Below, in pieces: positions 1 to 9,305 of a stretch of 64,000 nucleotides of DNA. Source of the stretch: Desulfosoma sp. Its GTDB lineage: Bacteria > Desulfobacterota > Syntrophobacteria > Syntrophobacterales > DSM-9756. The notes under the pieces are model-generated. The model saw only the letters and a list, made by a program, of their open reading frames with translations. It was not told where the DNA came from and made no database searches. Location: NCBI GenBank assembly GCA_037481835.1, contig JBBFKW010000014.1, positions 79,657 to 143,656 of the forward strand. Reading direction: 5' to 3'. Every line of letters begins with the position of its first letter. The first letter of the stretch is position 1. A program made the translations under genes and the position numbers.

Positions 1-195
1 ATCGCAACGCAAGGCTTCCAGGATGATCAGCGGTTTTCCCAGCTTCAGAGCCCACCACACGGCGCGATCCAGCGCGCCGTTTCCCGAAAGTCGCCGATAG
101 GCCGTCATCCAGTAGAGCACATAGTCCCCATGAGGTCGCCACGGATGGGGGTTCACGGCGCGAACGCGTTCGGCGGGAACTTGGATCTCTTTCAT
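1..195 (-). CDS. Class II CPD photolyase, N-terminal part (runs off window edge)
   Basis: Manual translation: MKEIQVPAERVRAVNPHPWRPHGDYVLYWMTAYRRLSGNGALDRAVWWALKLGKPLIILEALRCD; YVLYWM..R...N.AL motif of class II photolyases. Confidence 0.8.
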   Translation of the reverse strand, partial: MKEIQVPAERVRAVNPHPWRPHGDYVLYWMTAYRRLSGNGALDRAVWWALKLGKPLIILEALRCD

Positions 196-234
196 ATCAT
201 TGGACTTCTTTGATTTTCCGCCATGGGTCCCGTT

Positions 235-1518
235 TCAATAAAGGCCCCATACCCTGGGAAGCCACAGGCTCAATGCCGGGAACACGGCCACCAGCACCAG
301 GGCCAGGAGCATGGCGGCGATAAAAGGAAGGGTGGCCAAAGACGCCTTTTCCAAAGAAATGCCTGCCAGGTTGGTCGTCACATAAAGGTTGACGGCCACA
401 GGCGGCGTGAACTGTCCGATGGCCAGATTGAGCGTCATGACGACGCCGAACCACAGGGGGTCCCAGCCGAAGTGGGCCATCACGGGAAGAAGGATGGGCA
501 GGAAGACGTAATAGATGGAAATGGCGTCCAGGAGCATGCCTGCAACGAAGATGAGGACGTTGACGAGGATCAGGACGACGGCCGGGTTCTGGGAAAGGGT
601 GAGCAGCGCCCCGGCGATCTTTTCCATGACCCCGAGGGTCGATCCCGCCCAGCTGTAGAGGCCGGCCAGGGCCACGATGAGAAGGACCACGGCCGAAGAC
701 AAGGCGGCGTCCACCAGGATGTGGTAGAAGGCTTTGAGGGTCAGGCTCCTGTAGACGACGAACCCCAAGAACAGGCCGTAGAAGACGGCGATGATGGCGG
801 CTTCCGTCGCCGTGAAGATGCCGCCGTAAATCCCGCCCAGGATGACCAGCGGGGCGGCGAGCCCCCAAAAGGCCTCCTTCAAGGCTTTGACGATTTCCCC
901 TAAAGTTCCGCGCCTTTCACCCATGTACCCGCGACGCTTGGAAATCCAGTAGGCGGGAACGATGAGCGACAAACCGGCCAGGATGCCCGGAAAGACGCCC
1001 GCCGCAAACAGGGCCGGCACGGACGTGGTGGTGATCACCCCGTAGAGGATGAAAGCGATGCTGGGAGGGACGACAATGGCGGTGGACCCGCCGGCGGCGA
1101 TCAAGGCGGCGCTGAAGTCCCTGTCGTAATTTTTCCGGGCCATGGCGGGAATGAGCACGGCCCCCATGGCCGCCGCATCGGCAGGCCCGGAGCCGCTCAC
1201 CCCGCCGAAGAAGACGCAGACCAAGACCGCCACGATGGCCAGGCCGCCGGGAAGGGATCCCACGAGAAGGCTGGCCAGGTTCACGAGTCGCTGGGAAACG
1301 CCGCAGCGCTCCAGGATCATGCCCGCCAGGATGAAGAAGGGGATGGCCAGAAGCGGATACTTGGCGATGCCGGCGTAGAAGTTGGACGACACCACGGGGA
1401 TGCCCAAATGGAAGTGCCAGATCATGAAGACGGCCACACTTCCCAAAGCCACTGCAATGGGAATGCCCAAAAAGAGAAGGACCAAAAAGGCGAAAAAGAG
1501 CCAGAATGCCGGATCCAT
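235..1518 (-). CDS. dctM: TRAP transporter large permease (DctM family)
   Basis: 427 aa hydrophobic; LLAIPFFILAG, SGSGPADAAA, GGIYGGIFTATEAA, TPPVAVNLYV motifs. Confidence 0.95.
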   Translation of the reverse strand: MDPAFWLFFAFLVLLFLGIPIAVALGSVAVFMIWHFHLGIPVVSSNFYAGIAKYPLLAIPFFILAGMILERCGVSQRLVNLASLLVGSLPGGLAIVAVLVCVFFGGVSGSGPADAAAMGAVLIPAMARKNYDRDFSAALIAAGGSTAIVVPPSIAFILYGVITTTSVPALFAAGVFPGILAGLSLIVPAYWISKRRGYMGERRGTLGEIVKALKEAFWGLAAPLVILGGIYGGIFTATEAAIIAVFYGLFLGFVVYRSLTLKAFYHILVDAALSSAVVLLIVALAGLYSWAGSTLGVMEKIAGALLTLSQNPAVVLILVNVLIFVAGMLLDAISIYYVFLPILLPVMAHFGWDPLWFGVVMTLNLAIGQFTPPVAVNLYVTTNLAGISLEKASLATLPFIAAMLLALVLVAVFPALSLWLPRVWGLY

Positions 1519-1528
1519 GACAGCCCTT

Positions 1529-2008
1529 CTAGGTGTTATCCCGCCACAGCACCAGGGTCCGTTGCAGAGCTCTCACCACAATGAGCACGCTCCCCAAGGG
1601 GACCGCCAAGGTATAGACCCACTGAGGCACCTGGAGGGCTTCGGAAAGTGTGCCCAGGAGCCTTTCGTCGCGCATCTGCAGGAGGCCGTAGTAGGTGAGG
1701 GCCCCGAAGACGAGGAGGATGAGCGCCATGGAAAGGACGAGCACGGCACGCCTGAGGGGGAGGGGAAACCGGACGAAAACAAAGTGAAGACCCAGGTGGA
1801 GGCCTCGGCGAAACGCCGCGGCCCCCCCGAAGACGGTCAGATACACGAGCGCGCTCACTTCCACTTCCTCCACGAAAGCGAAGGAATAGTTGGTGCCGTA
1901 GCGGATCGCCACGTTGACGAAGGCGACGACGGCCATGACCAAGAGAAGAAGCGCGCACGCCGCTTCTTCAAAATTATCGCGAAGCCACAAAAGGGCGTTG
2001 CGAACCAT
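1529..2008 (-). CDS. dctQ: TRAP transporter small permease (DctQ family)
   Basis: ~4 TM segments, NVAIRY..FAFVEEV; lies between dctP and dctM; start chosen at MVRNALL. Confidence 0.9.
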   Translation of the reverse strand: MVRNALLWLRDNFEEAACALLLLVMAVVAFVNVAIRYGTNYSFAFVEEVEVSALVYLTVFGGAAAFRRGLHLGLHFVFVRFPLPLRRAVLVLSMALILLVFGALTYYGLLQMRDERLLGTLSEALQVPQWVYTLAVPLGSVLIVVRALQRTLVLWRDNT

Positions 2009-2034
2009 CCCTGCCCGCTTTCCCTGGGGCCGCT

Positions 2035-3054
2035 CTATCGGCCGAGGATCTTTTCGGCCTGAGCGACCAGGTCCGCCCCGATCTTTTCTTTCCACTGGTC
2101 GTAGACGGATCGGGTCTTTTCCCGGAAGGCGGCGCGCATTTGAGGTGTAAAGACCGTCACTTCCATGCCGTTTTGCCGAAGGGTCTGCAAGGCGGCCATG
2201 TCCCCTTCAAGACCTTGTCGTGCCTGCTGCACTTCCCAGGCGCAGGCGTCCAGGGCCGCCTGCTTCAAGACGGCCTGGTCTTCTGGAGAAAAGGTCTTCC
2301 ACGTTTCCTGGCTGGCGCCCAGGATCAGCGGGTCGATGGCGTAATGCCAAATGCTTATGTGCTTGTGGACCTGCCACAGCTGGTAGGGGATGATGACGGC
2401 GTTCACAGGGTTTTCCTGTCCGTCCACGGTGCCCTGCTGGAAGGCGGTTTGGGCTTCGCCCCAGTTCATGTTGATGGGATTGGCGTCCAAAGCCCGAAAG
2501 GTGTCGATAAAGATCGGAGAGCCCACCACGCGGATCTTCAATCCTTTGAGGTCATCCGGGGCGGCCACGGCGCGGGTGCGATTGGTGAGTTCTCGAAAGC
2601 CGTTTTCCCCCCAGGCCAGGGGCACCACGCCGAGGGCTTCGACCTGGCGGAAGAGTTCCTGTCCCGGAGCTCCGTTTTTCACGGCGTCCAATTGAGCGTA
2701 GTCTTCAAAGAAGAAGGGCAGGGCGAACAGATTGAGCGAAGGCACCTGGGGCGACCAGTTGATGGTGGAGGCCAGGGCGAAATCGATGACCCCTTGGCGC
2801 ATGAGCATGAATTCGTTGGTTTGTTTGCCGGCGAAAAGCTGTCCCGCAAAATAGCACTTGATATTGATGCGCCCCTGGGTCCTTTCGCGGACCAAGTCGG
2901 CGAATTTTTGCGCCCCTTCGCCCCACGGCCCTTTCGGCCCGACGACGATGCTCATCTTGTATTCGTCCTTGTACGAGCCGGCCCACCCCGCGCACGGGGC
3001 CAGGGAGACGACGGCGAACGCCACCAGGAGCATCCAGACAGCTTTTCTTTTCAT
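2035..3054 (-). CDS. dctP: TRAP substrate-binding protein (DctP family)
   Basis: Signal peptide; ENGFRELTN, DLKGLKIRV, GTVDGQENP motifs. Confidence 0.95.
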   Translation of the reverse strand: MKRKAVWMLLVAFAVVSLAPCAGWAGSYKDEYKMSIVVGPKGPWGEGAQKFADLVRERTQGRINIKCYFAGQLFAGKQTNEFMLMRQGVIDFALASTINWSPQVPSLNLFALPFFFEDYAQLDAVKNGAPGQELFRQVEALGVVPLAWGENGFRELTNRTRAVAAPDDLKGLKIRVVGSPIFIDTFRALDANPINMNWGEAQTAFQQGTVDGQENPVNAVIIPYQLWQVHKHISIWHYAIDPLILGASQETWKTFSPEDQAVLKQAALDACAWEVQQARQGLEGDMAALQTLRQNGMEVTVFTPQMRAAFREKTRSVYDQWKEKIGADLVAQAEKILGR

Positions 3055-3242
3055 GGTTCGGCCTCCTTCGATCGTTGATGGTTAGGGGGTTGTCCTCAAC
3101 GAGCCCCGCCCGTCCCCGGCGCAGGCTCGATCCGAACCGCGTGCCGCATCCCTCGTTTTTCATCTGCGCCATAGGTGCCTCGACCGTCGAGGAATGTCAA
3201 CACCATCCTTGGGTTGAAACAACGCCGATGCCGCGGGGCGAA

Positions 3243-3530
3243 ACAACGAAGGATGGAAGTCTTGGGGTTACGGTGTGTTGCTGAGACTTTTATTTAGACC
3301 CCCATCACGGCCAGCCCGTGACAAAGAAGGATGAGAGTCTTGGGGTTACGGTGTGCTACAGAGACTTTTATTTAAATCCCCATCACGGCCAGCCCGTGAC
3401 AAGGAAGGATGAGAGTCTTGGGGTTACGGTGTGCTACAGAGACTTTTATTTAGACCCCCATCACGGGCAGCCCGTGACAAAGAAGGATGAGAGTCTTGGG
3501 GTTACGGTGTGCTACAGAGACTTTTATTTA
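3243..3530. repeat. Tandem array of a 78-bp unit (~3.7 copies)
   Basis: Units start at 3243, 3321, 3399, 3477: acaaagaaggatgagagtcttggggttacggtgtgctacagagacttttatttagacccccatcacggccagcccgtg with few substitutions. Confidence 0.95.
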
Positions 3531-3612
3531 AAGATGCTGGGAGAAGCTCCCGGGGGTTCGAGTTTCATGCTTTGCTGTGACACCGCGACGTGGGAGTGTG
3601 TTCCGGATTTTT

Positions 3613-3643
3613 GTTGGGGTTCGCTGCGCTCACCCCAACCTAC
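3613..3643. repeat. GTAG-type REP palindrome
   Basis: Reverse complement of GTAGGTTGGGGTGAGCGCAGCGAACCCCAAC; recurs at ~5763, 29387, 29456, 29517, 44501. Confidence 0.85.
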
Positions 3644-4011
3644 ATTCTTTTTGGGGAAAGGGGGGCGTCCGGCGAGCCGGGGCGATGCCCCGGGCTCTAT
3701 TCCTCTGCACGGCGGGGGGGGACTTAACCCCCATCACGCGCGACGACACAACAAAGAATGAAAACCTGGTGGTTACGGTTTGTTACAGAGACTTACCTCG
3801 TGCCCCCCTTCCGCTTTTCTTGCCCTCGGGTTCCGGGATCGGTATGTTGGCCGGGAAGACCGATGTGCCCTATGCCAGCAAGAGCGGCCGTGGGCGCGAT
3901 CATCGCCGGTAAGCCCGCTTGCACAAGCGAAACTTGCGGTTCACGGGCTCTTTCACGGATGGGCCGGTTAAGAGCTGAGCGCCACGAAGATCATGGAAGG
4001 GATGGAAAACG

Positions 4012-4452
4012 ATGCCGGAGCAAATGATCGCCCTTTTGAAAGCCAACGATATGTGCGTCCTCGCCACATGCCGGGACCAGAGACCCCACTGTTCGCTCAT
4101 GGCCTACGTCACGGATGAAGAGGGACTCACCGTCTACATGGCCACCCGCCGGGATACGACCAAATTCCGCAACGTGCAGGAAAACCCGCGGGTGAGCCTC
4201 CTCGTGGACACCCGCCTCCAAGGCGGCGCCGACCGGGCGCGCATCCAGTCCCTGACCGTGGAAGGGCTTTACACGCCGCTCCATGACGCGGGCGAAGAAT
4301 CCCGGGTGCGCGACGTTCTTCGGCGGCGCCATCCCCATATCCACGGCCTCTTGGATCACCCCCTTTCGGTCCTCATGCCGGTGAAAGTCCTTTCCTTCCT
4401 TCTTCTCGACGGGCCCGAAAAGGCAAGCCACGTCAGGGTGGTGCCGGAATAG
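4012..4452 (+). CDS. Pyridoxamine 5'-phosphate oxidase-like FMN-binding protein
   Basis: CVLAT..PHCSLMAY..TTKFRNVQENPRVSLLVD split-barrel motifs. Confidence 0.85.
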   Translation: MPEQMIALLKANDMCVLATCRDQRPHCSLMAYVTDEEGLTVYMATRRDTTKFRNVQENPRVSLLVDTRLQGGADRARIQSLTVEGLYTPLHDAGEESRVRDVLRRRHPHIHGLLDHPLSVLMPVKVLSFLLLDGPEKASHVRVVPE

Positions 4453-4574
4453 TCGGAGGAACCTCCCATTGTCCCCCCATGAGGCTCCCCTTGCCGCGCC
4501 GTGCGCTCATGCTTTCCTTTGAGCCGGGACAAACCCCCGACAGGTTTGTGTCCGCACAAGGAAAGGAGCTCAGC

Positions 4575-5648
4575 ATGGCAGGAAGAAACGCGATTCAGGA
4601 GAAGGTGCACCAATGGGTTTACGGCGAAGATGCGTTCCGGAGGCTCGATGAAAGCGACGATGCGGTCTTTTACAAGACGGACCGATTCGTCTCCCATCTG
4701 GACCGCACCGCTCTGGAAACCGTGGAACAGATCATCGGCGCCTTGGTCATCGAAGACCGCCCGGTGATCCTGGACCTCATGGCGGGCTGGGATTCCCACA
4801 TCCCCGACGGGCTGAACGCCGCCGAAGTGGTGGGCCTGGGGCTCAATGAAAACGAGCTCAAGTCCAACAAAGCGCTCACCCGCTACGTCCTCCACGACCT
4901 CAACGCCGACCCGAAGCTTCCCTTTGCCGACAACAGCTTCGATGTGGTGTTGAACACGGTGTCCGTGGATTACATGACCCGGCCTTTCGAAGTCTTTGCG
5001 GAGGTGGGCCGCGTCTTGAAACCGGGCGGGATGCTTCTGGTGATTTTTTCCAACCGCATGTTTCCTCAAAAAGCGGTGAAGATTTGGAAAGAAAGCAGCG
5101 AGGAAGAGCGGATCATTTTGGTGGAGGACTTTTTCCACAGCGTGCCGGATTTCGGCGAAGTCCACCTCATCGTCTCCAAGGGCAAGCCGCGCCCTGCCGA
5201 CGATAAGTACGCCCACCTGGGAATCCCCAGCGATCCCGTCTACGCCATGTGGGCGGAAAAGAAAGGGGCGCCCAAGGGACGGCGCAAACGACCCGCGGTG
5301 GCGTTGAGCGCCGGGGAGCCGGCTTCGCCGCAGGAACTGGAGGAAAGGAAACGCCGGGTGGGCAAGACCTTGCAATGCCCGCACTGCGGCGAACGCATGA
5401 AAAAGTGGAAGATTCCCCAGACGCCGTTCACCGAATGGGACAACGAGTTCATGTACATCTGTTTCAACGACGCCTGCCCGTATCTCCTAAGGGGCTGGAG
5501 CGTCATGGAATCCCAGGGGAACCGGGGCTTCTCCTACCGGATGATGTACAATCCGGACCGCGATGTGCTCCTGCCGGTGCCCGTGCCGAACCTTCGGGCC
5601 CTCAAGGAAAGCATCGTCGAAGACGACGAGGAGCTTGCCCGACAATAA
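4575..5648 (+). CDS. Class I SAM methyltransferase fused to C-terminal Cys-rich (zinc-finger-like) domain
   Basis: RBS AAGGAG; LDLMAGWDSH, LPFADNSFDVV, RVLKPGG; C-terminal CPHC...CFNDAC. Confidence 0.8.
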   Translation: MAGRNAIQEKVHQWVYGEDAFRRLDESDDAVFYKTDRFVSHLDRTALETVEQIIGALVIEDRPVILDLMAGWDSHIPDGLNAAEVVGLGLNENELKSNKALTRYVLHDLNADPKLPFADNSFDVVLNTVSVDYMTRPFEVFAEVGRVLKPGGMLLVIFSNRMFPQKAVKIWKESSEEERIILVEDFFHSVPDFGEVHLIVSKGKPRPADDKYAHLGIPSDPVYAMWAEKKGAPKGRRKRPAVALSAGEPASPQELEERKRRVGKTLQCPHCGERMKKWKIPQTPFTEWDNEFMYICFNDACPYLLRGWSVMESQGNRGFSYRMMYNPDRDVLLPVPVPNLRALKESIVEDDEELARQ

Positions 5649-5664
5649 AAAATGGCGATGTTTT

Positions 5665-5752
5665 TCCTGGGAGCGCGGGCCTCCGGCCCGCACGAGAAGC
5701 GGGCGAGACGCCCGCGCTCCCAGGAATATGCCATTCTCGGACACGCTCCTAG
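5665..5752. mobile_element. Partial copy of 126-bp MITE-like element
   Basis: Near-identical to the right ~88 bp of 30973-31098, ending in CTAG. Confidence 0.75.
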
Positions 5753-5924
5753 AGGCGGGTGTTTGGGGGTCGCTGCGCTCAGCCCACCCTACGGGTTTTT
5801 GTTTCGGCCCGTATGATGGACTTTATCGCGTGTCATCCCTTCTGGATCCCCGCTTTCGCGGGGATGAGAGACGGTCGTTCACCGAGGCCCATTAACCCTG
5901 CTCGGATAAGCTCGCAGAGGGGCG

Positions 5925-6563
5925 TCACGGGGCGTCTTTTCGAGGCTGGAGGCATTCGCGGTAAAGCTTCCACGCCGTTCGCGCGTGGGCGGAAAAGTCG
6001 AAACGCCCGCCGCTCACATGCCATAAGATGGCCGCCGGCTGCACGATCCCGAGAAACATGACGGCGGCCGCTTCCGGCGAAACATCCGAACGCATCTCTC
6101 CTTCCTGTTGCCCCTCGGCGATGATCACCGCAACGCGCATCACATGGGCGTGGATGATTTCCCCGAGCCGACCGCGCCGGTGTTCGGCATCCCCGATGAT
6201 CTCCTCGGAAAAAAGAATCCGTGGCAACGCCTGGTTGGATGTGATGAAAAGGACGTGCTGGGCGAGCAGGGCGTCCAGGCGCGAGAAAGCCGAAAAATGC
6301 TCCCGCCGCACCCTTTCCACATGCTCGGCCAAACGTTCTCCCACCAGTTCCAAAACGGCGTCCAGGATGGCGTCCTTGTTGGGGTAATGCCGGTACAGGG
6401 CCGATGGGACCACACCCAAGTGCTCGGCAAGCCGAAGGACACTCAGCCGCTTGAGCCCCTCCTCATTGATCAGCCTAAGGGCCGTTTCGGCGATTTCCGC
6501 CTTGCGCCGCCCCGGAGCCGGCGAGCGCTCGCGGGGGCGTTTTTTCTGAGAATCCTTTTTCAC
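5925..6563 (-). CDS. TetR/AcrR family transcriptional regulator
   Basis: HTH EIAETALRLINEEG..LAEHLGVVPSALYRHYPNKDAIL; GTG start inferred. Confidence 0.9.
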   Translation of the reverse strand: MKKDSQKKRPRERSPAPGRRKAEIAETALRLINEEGLKRLSVLRLAEHLGVVPSALYRHYPNKDAILDAVLELVGERLAEHVERVRREHFSAFSRLDALLAQHVLFITSNQALPRILFSEEIIGDAEHRRGRLGEIIHAHVMRVAVIIAEGQQEGEMRSDVSPEAAAVMFLGIVQPAAILWHVSGGRFDFSAHARTAWKLYRECLQPRKDAP

Positions 6564-6661
6564 TTTCCCATTCCCATGGTCGAAACCTCCATGCCCCTCT
6601 CGCTGACGCTTTTTTGAACGATGCCCTGCATAGGCCCCTTGACCTTTGCGTCCCGGCAGGC

Positions 6662-6690
6662 TTGAATGTATGAAAGAGTGTTCACATCTT
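6662..6690 (+). promoter_or_regulatory. Putative sigma70 promoter of cooS-like gene with overlapping palindromic operator ATGAA-N6-TTCAC (6670-6685)
   Basis: TTGAAT-17nt-CATCTT with palindrome in the spacer; divergent tetR. Confidence 0.5.
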
Positions 6691-6747
6691 CGGGGCTCTC
6701 TGGATAGGGCGCAAGGACAGTCACTTTCATAGCATGGAGGACGCCGC

Positions 6748-8652
6748 ATGGAAAAGGAACGATTGTCGTACCACGCGTCGGTGCAGACCATGGTGGAGCG
6801 CATCCGCCGGGACGGCATGACCAACATTTGGGACCGGTACGCGGCCCAGGGATTGGGCAACGATCCGGACAAGCGCTGCCCCTTCTGCATGGGCGGCGTG
6901 CGCTGTGATTTGTGTTCCAACGGGCCGTGCCGGGCCGATGCGGAAAAGGACAAGCGAGGGGTGTGCGGCATCAAGGCCGACGGCATGGCCATGCGCATGA
7001 TGGTGCTGCGAAACGTCATGGGCACGTCCACGTATCACTACCACACGGAACAGACCGTGCGGACGCTTCGGGCCACGGCCAAGGGGCAGACCCCCTTCGC
7101 CATCGCCGAACCCGACAAGTTGAAGACCTTCGCCCAGCGGCTTGGTGTGGAAACGGCGGGTTCTTTGGAAGAGACGGCCCTTCGCCTGTGCGATTTCGTT
7201 CAGAAGGATTTCAACAAGCCGGCCCACGAACCCAGTGAGATTGTCGCGCGCCTCGCTCCGGCGGACCGTCAGGAACTCTGGAGGAAGCTGGACATCTTTC
7301 CCGGCGGGATCTACGGCGAAATGCTCCGTGCCACCAGCTCGTGCCTCACCAACGTGGACGGCTACTATGTGAGCCTCGCCCTGAAGGCCATGCGCATGGC
7401 CGTCGCCATGGCCTATCAGAGCCAGATCGTCAACGAGTACTGCCAGGACGTCCTCTTCGGTATTCCCAGGCCGCACCGCATGCGCGTCGATCTCGGCGTC
7501 TTGGACCCCGACTACGTGAACGTCGTTCCCAACGGGCACGAGCCGTTCCTCGGCTTCGCCATGGTGCAGCTCGCCCGCACACCGGAATGGCAACAGAAGG
7601 CCAAGGCGGCGGGAGCCAAGGGCCTTCGGGTCATCGCCTCCATCGAAACGGGGCAGGAAATGATCCAGCGCTGGACCATGGACGACGCCTTTTACGGCTT
7701 TACGGGAAACTGGATCATGCAGGAAGCCGTGCTTGCCAGCGGCTGCGTGGATCTTTTCGCGTGCGACATGAACTGCTCCATGCCCATCGATCCGCTCTAC
7801 GCGGAAAAGTATCACTTCAAGCTCATTCCGGTGAGCGATCTCGTGGCCTTCGAAGGGGTGACGGATCGCCTGGATTATGTGCCGGAAGAGGCGGCCCAGC
7901 AGGCCGCGGCCCTTTTGGAGATGGCCGTGGAGAACTTCCCCAAGCGGCGAAAAGCCGTGGAACCCGTCACGGGGCTCCGCTTGGGCGAAGCGGTGGTGGG
8001 CTTTTCCACGGAAAGCATCGTGGATGCCCTGGGAGGATCCCTCGAGCCGCTTCTCAAGGCCATCAAGGACGGGGCCGTCCGCGGGGTGGCGGGCTTCGTA
8101 TCCTGCACGACCTTGAGGGATACGGGACAGGACGTGCACAGCGTGCGCATGGCCAAGGAACTCATCAAGCGTGACATCTTGGTCCTCGGCATGGGCTGCG
8201 GCAATGCGGCCCTGCAGGTGGCCGGCCTGTGTCTTCCCGAAGCCAAGGAACTGGCGGGACCGGGCCTTAAAGCCGTCTGTGAAGCCCTGGGGGTGCCGCC
8301 GGTTTTGAGTTACGGCACATGCACGGATACGGGACGATGCGCCGATTTGGTCGCAGCCGTATCGGCGGCCCTCGGCGGAGTGCCCATCCCCGATCTTCCG
8401 GTGGTGGCTTGCGCCCCGGAATACATGGAACAGAAGGCCACCATCGACGCCATCTTCGCGTTGGCCTTCGGCCTCTACACCTATGTGAACCCGGTGCCCA
8501 ACGTGACGGGAGCGCCCAATCTGGTGCGGCTGCTGACCCAAGAGCTGACGGGGGTCACGGGCGGGCTTCTCAATGTGAATCCCAACGCCGAGGAAGCCGC
8601 GGACGCCCTTCTGGCGCATATCGAAAAGAACCGGAAAAAGCTCGGCATCTAA
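6748..8652 (+). CDS. cooS: Anaerobic CO dehydrogenase catalytic subunit homolog (atypical C-cluster ligands)
   Basis: CPFC..CDLCSNGPC..VCG N-terminal Fe-S motifs; NGHEP, DMNC, VSC, GMGC, GTCTD, EYMEQKA; RBS GGAGG. Confidence 0.9.
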   Translation: MEKERLSYHASVQTMVERIRRDGMTNIWDRYAAQGLGNDPDKRCPFCMGGVRCDLCSNGPCRADAEKDKRGVCGIKADGMAMRMMVLRNVMGTSTYHYHTEQTVRTLRATAKGQTPFAIAEPDKLKTFAQRLGVETAGSLEETALRLCDFVQKDFNKPAHEPSEIVARLAPADRQELWRKLDIFPGGIYGEMLRATSSCLTNVDGYYVSLALKAMRMAVAMAYQSQIVNEYCQDVLFGIPRPHRMRVDLGVLDPDYVNVVPNGHEPFLGFAMVQLARTPEWQQKAKAAGAKGLRVIASIETGQEMIQRWTMDDAFYGFTGNWIMQEAVLASGCVDLFACDMNCSMPIDPLYAEKYHFKLIPVSDLVAFEGVTDRLDYVPEEAAQQAAALLEMAVENFPKRRKAVEPVTGLRLGEAVVGFSTESIVDALGGSLEPLLKAIKDGAVRGVAGFVSCTTLRDTGQDVHSVRMAKELIKRDILVLGMGCGNAALQVAGLCLPEAKELAGPGLKAVCEALGVPPVLSYGTCTDTGRCADLVAAVSAALGGVPIPDLPVVACAPEYMEQKATIDAIFALAFGLYTYVNPVPNVTGAPNLVRLLTQELTGVTGGLLNVNPNAEEAADALLAHIEKNRKKLGI

Positions 8653-9305
8653 GAAGACAAGGGGCGCCGGTTTTCCGGCGCCGCCACGTACAATCCCACG
8701 GTCCCGCGGAAGAAGAGGGAGCTCGAAACAAAGCCGAAGTTCTGCTCCGCAAGAAGGGCTTCCGTGGCACCGCGCTGCAGGTAATCCCGAAAGGCTCGGA
8801 AATGGGCGGCTCCCGCCATGCGTTCGATGGCGGCCACCGCGCCCATGAAGGCCGCGCCTTTCCCGTGGGCGGGGCAGGCGTAGTCCAAGACGAAGAGAAG
8901 CCCGTCGGGAGTGAGCACCCGGCGGGCTTCCCCACACAGGGCCTGGCGCTCGGCATGGGTTTTTTCATGAAGGGCAAAGGAGAAAACCACGGCGTCGAAA
9001 CTGCCGGCACGGCAGGGCAGACACCGCCCGTCGGCTCGGGCGAAAAAAAGACCCGGGCCGGCTTTGCGCACGGCCCGGCTGAGCATGCCCGGTGAAGCGT
9101 CCACCCCGAAGGCGGGGATGCCCGCGCGCCGAAGGCTCAGGACTTGGGTCCCCGTGCCGCAGCACACATCCAGAACCCGCCGGCGCCGCCATGCCGAAAC
9201 GGTCCGAGTGAGGGTTTCTCGGGCCGGTTTCAAGAAAAACTCCAGGACATCATAGTACGGCGAAATCCGGGCGTAGGCGTCGCGGCCTCCGTCAGGCCTT
9301 TTCAT
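8649..9305 (-). CDS. Class I SAM-dependent methyltransferase (UbiE-like)
   Basis: VLDVCCGTG, GVDASPGML, SFDAVVFSFALHE. Confidence 0.85.
   Translation of the reverse strand: MKRPDGGRDAYARISPYYDVLEFFLKPARETLTRTVSAWRRRRVLDVCCGTGTQVLSLRRAGIPAFGVDASPGMLSRAVRKAGPGLFFARADGRCLPCRAGSFDAVVFSFALHEKTHAERQALCGEARRVLTPDGLLFVLDYACPAHGKGAAFMGAVAAIERMAGAAHFRAFRDYLQRGATEALLAEQNFGFVSSSLFFRGTVGLYVAAPENRRPLSS

Noticed and set aside
3243..3530. CRISPR array
   Set aside because: Whole 78-bp unit repeats with no unique spacers; no cas genes in window
3318..3761. 147-aa repeat protein ORF
   Set aside because: Arises because the unit length is a multiple of 3; the first unit has an in-frame stop and the ORF runs into REP sequence
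6727..8937. 736-aa minus-strand ORF
   Set aside because: Antisense shadow of cooS in high-GC DNA; no motifs
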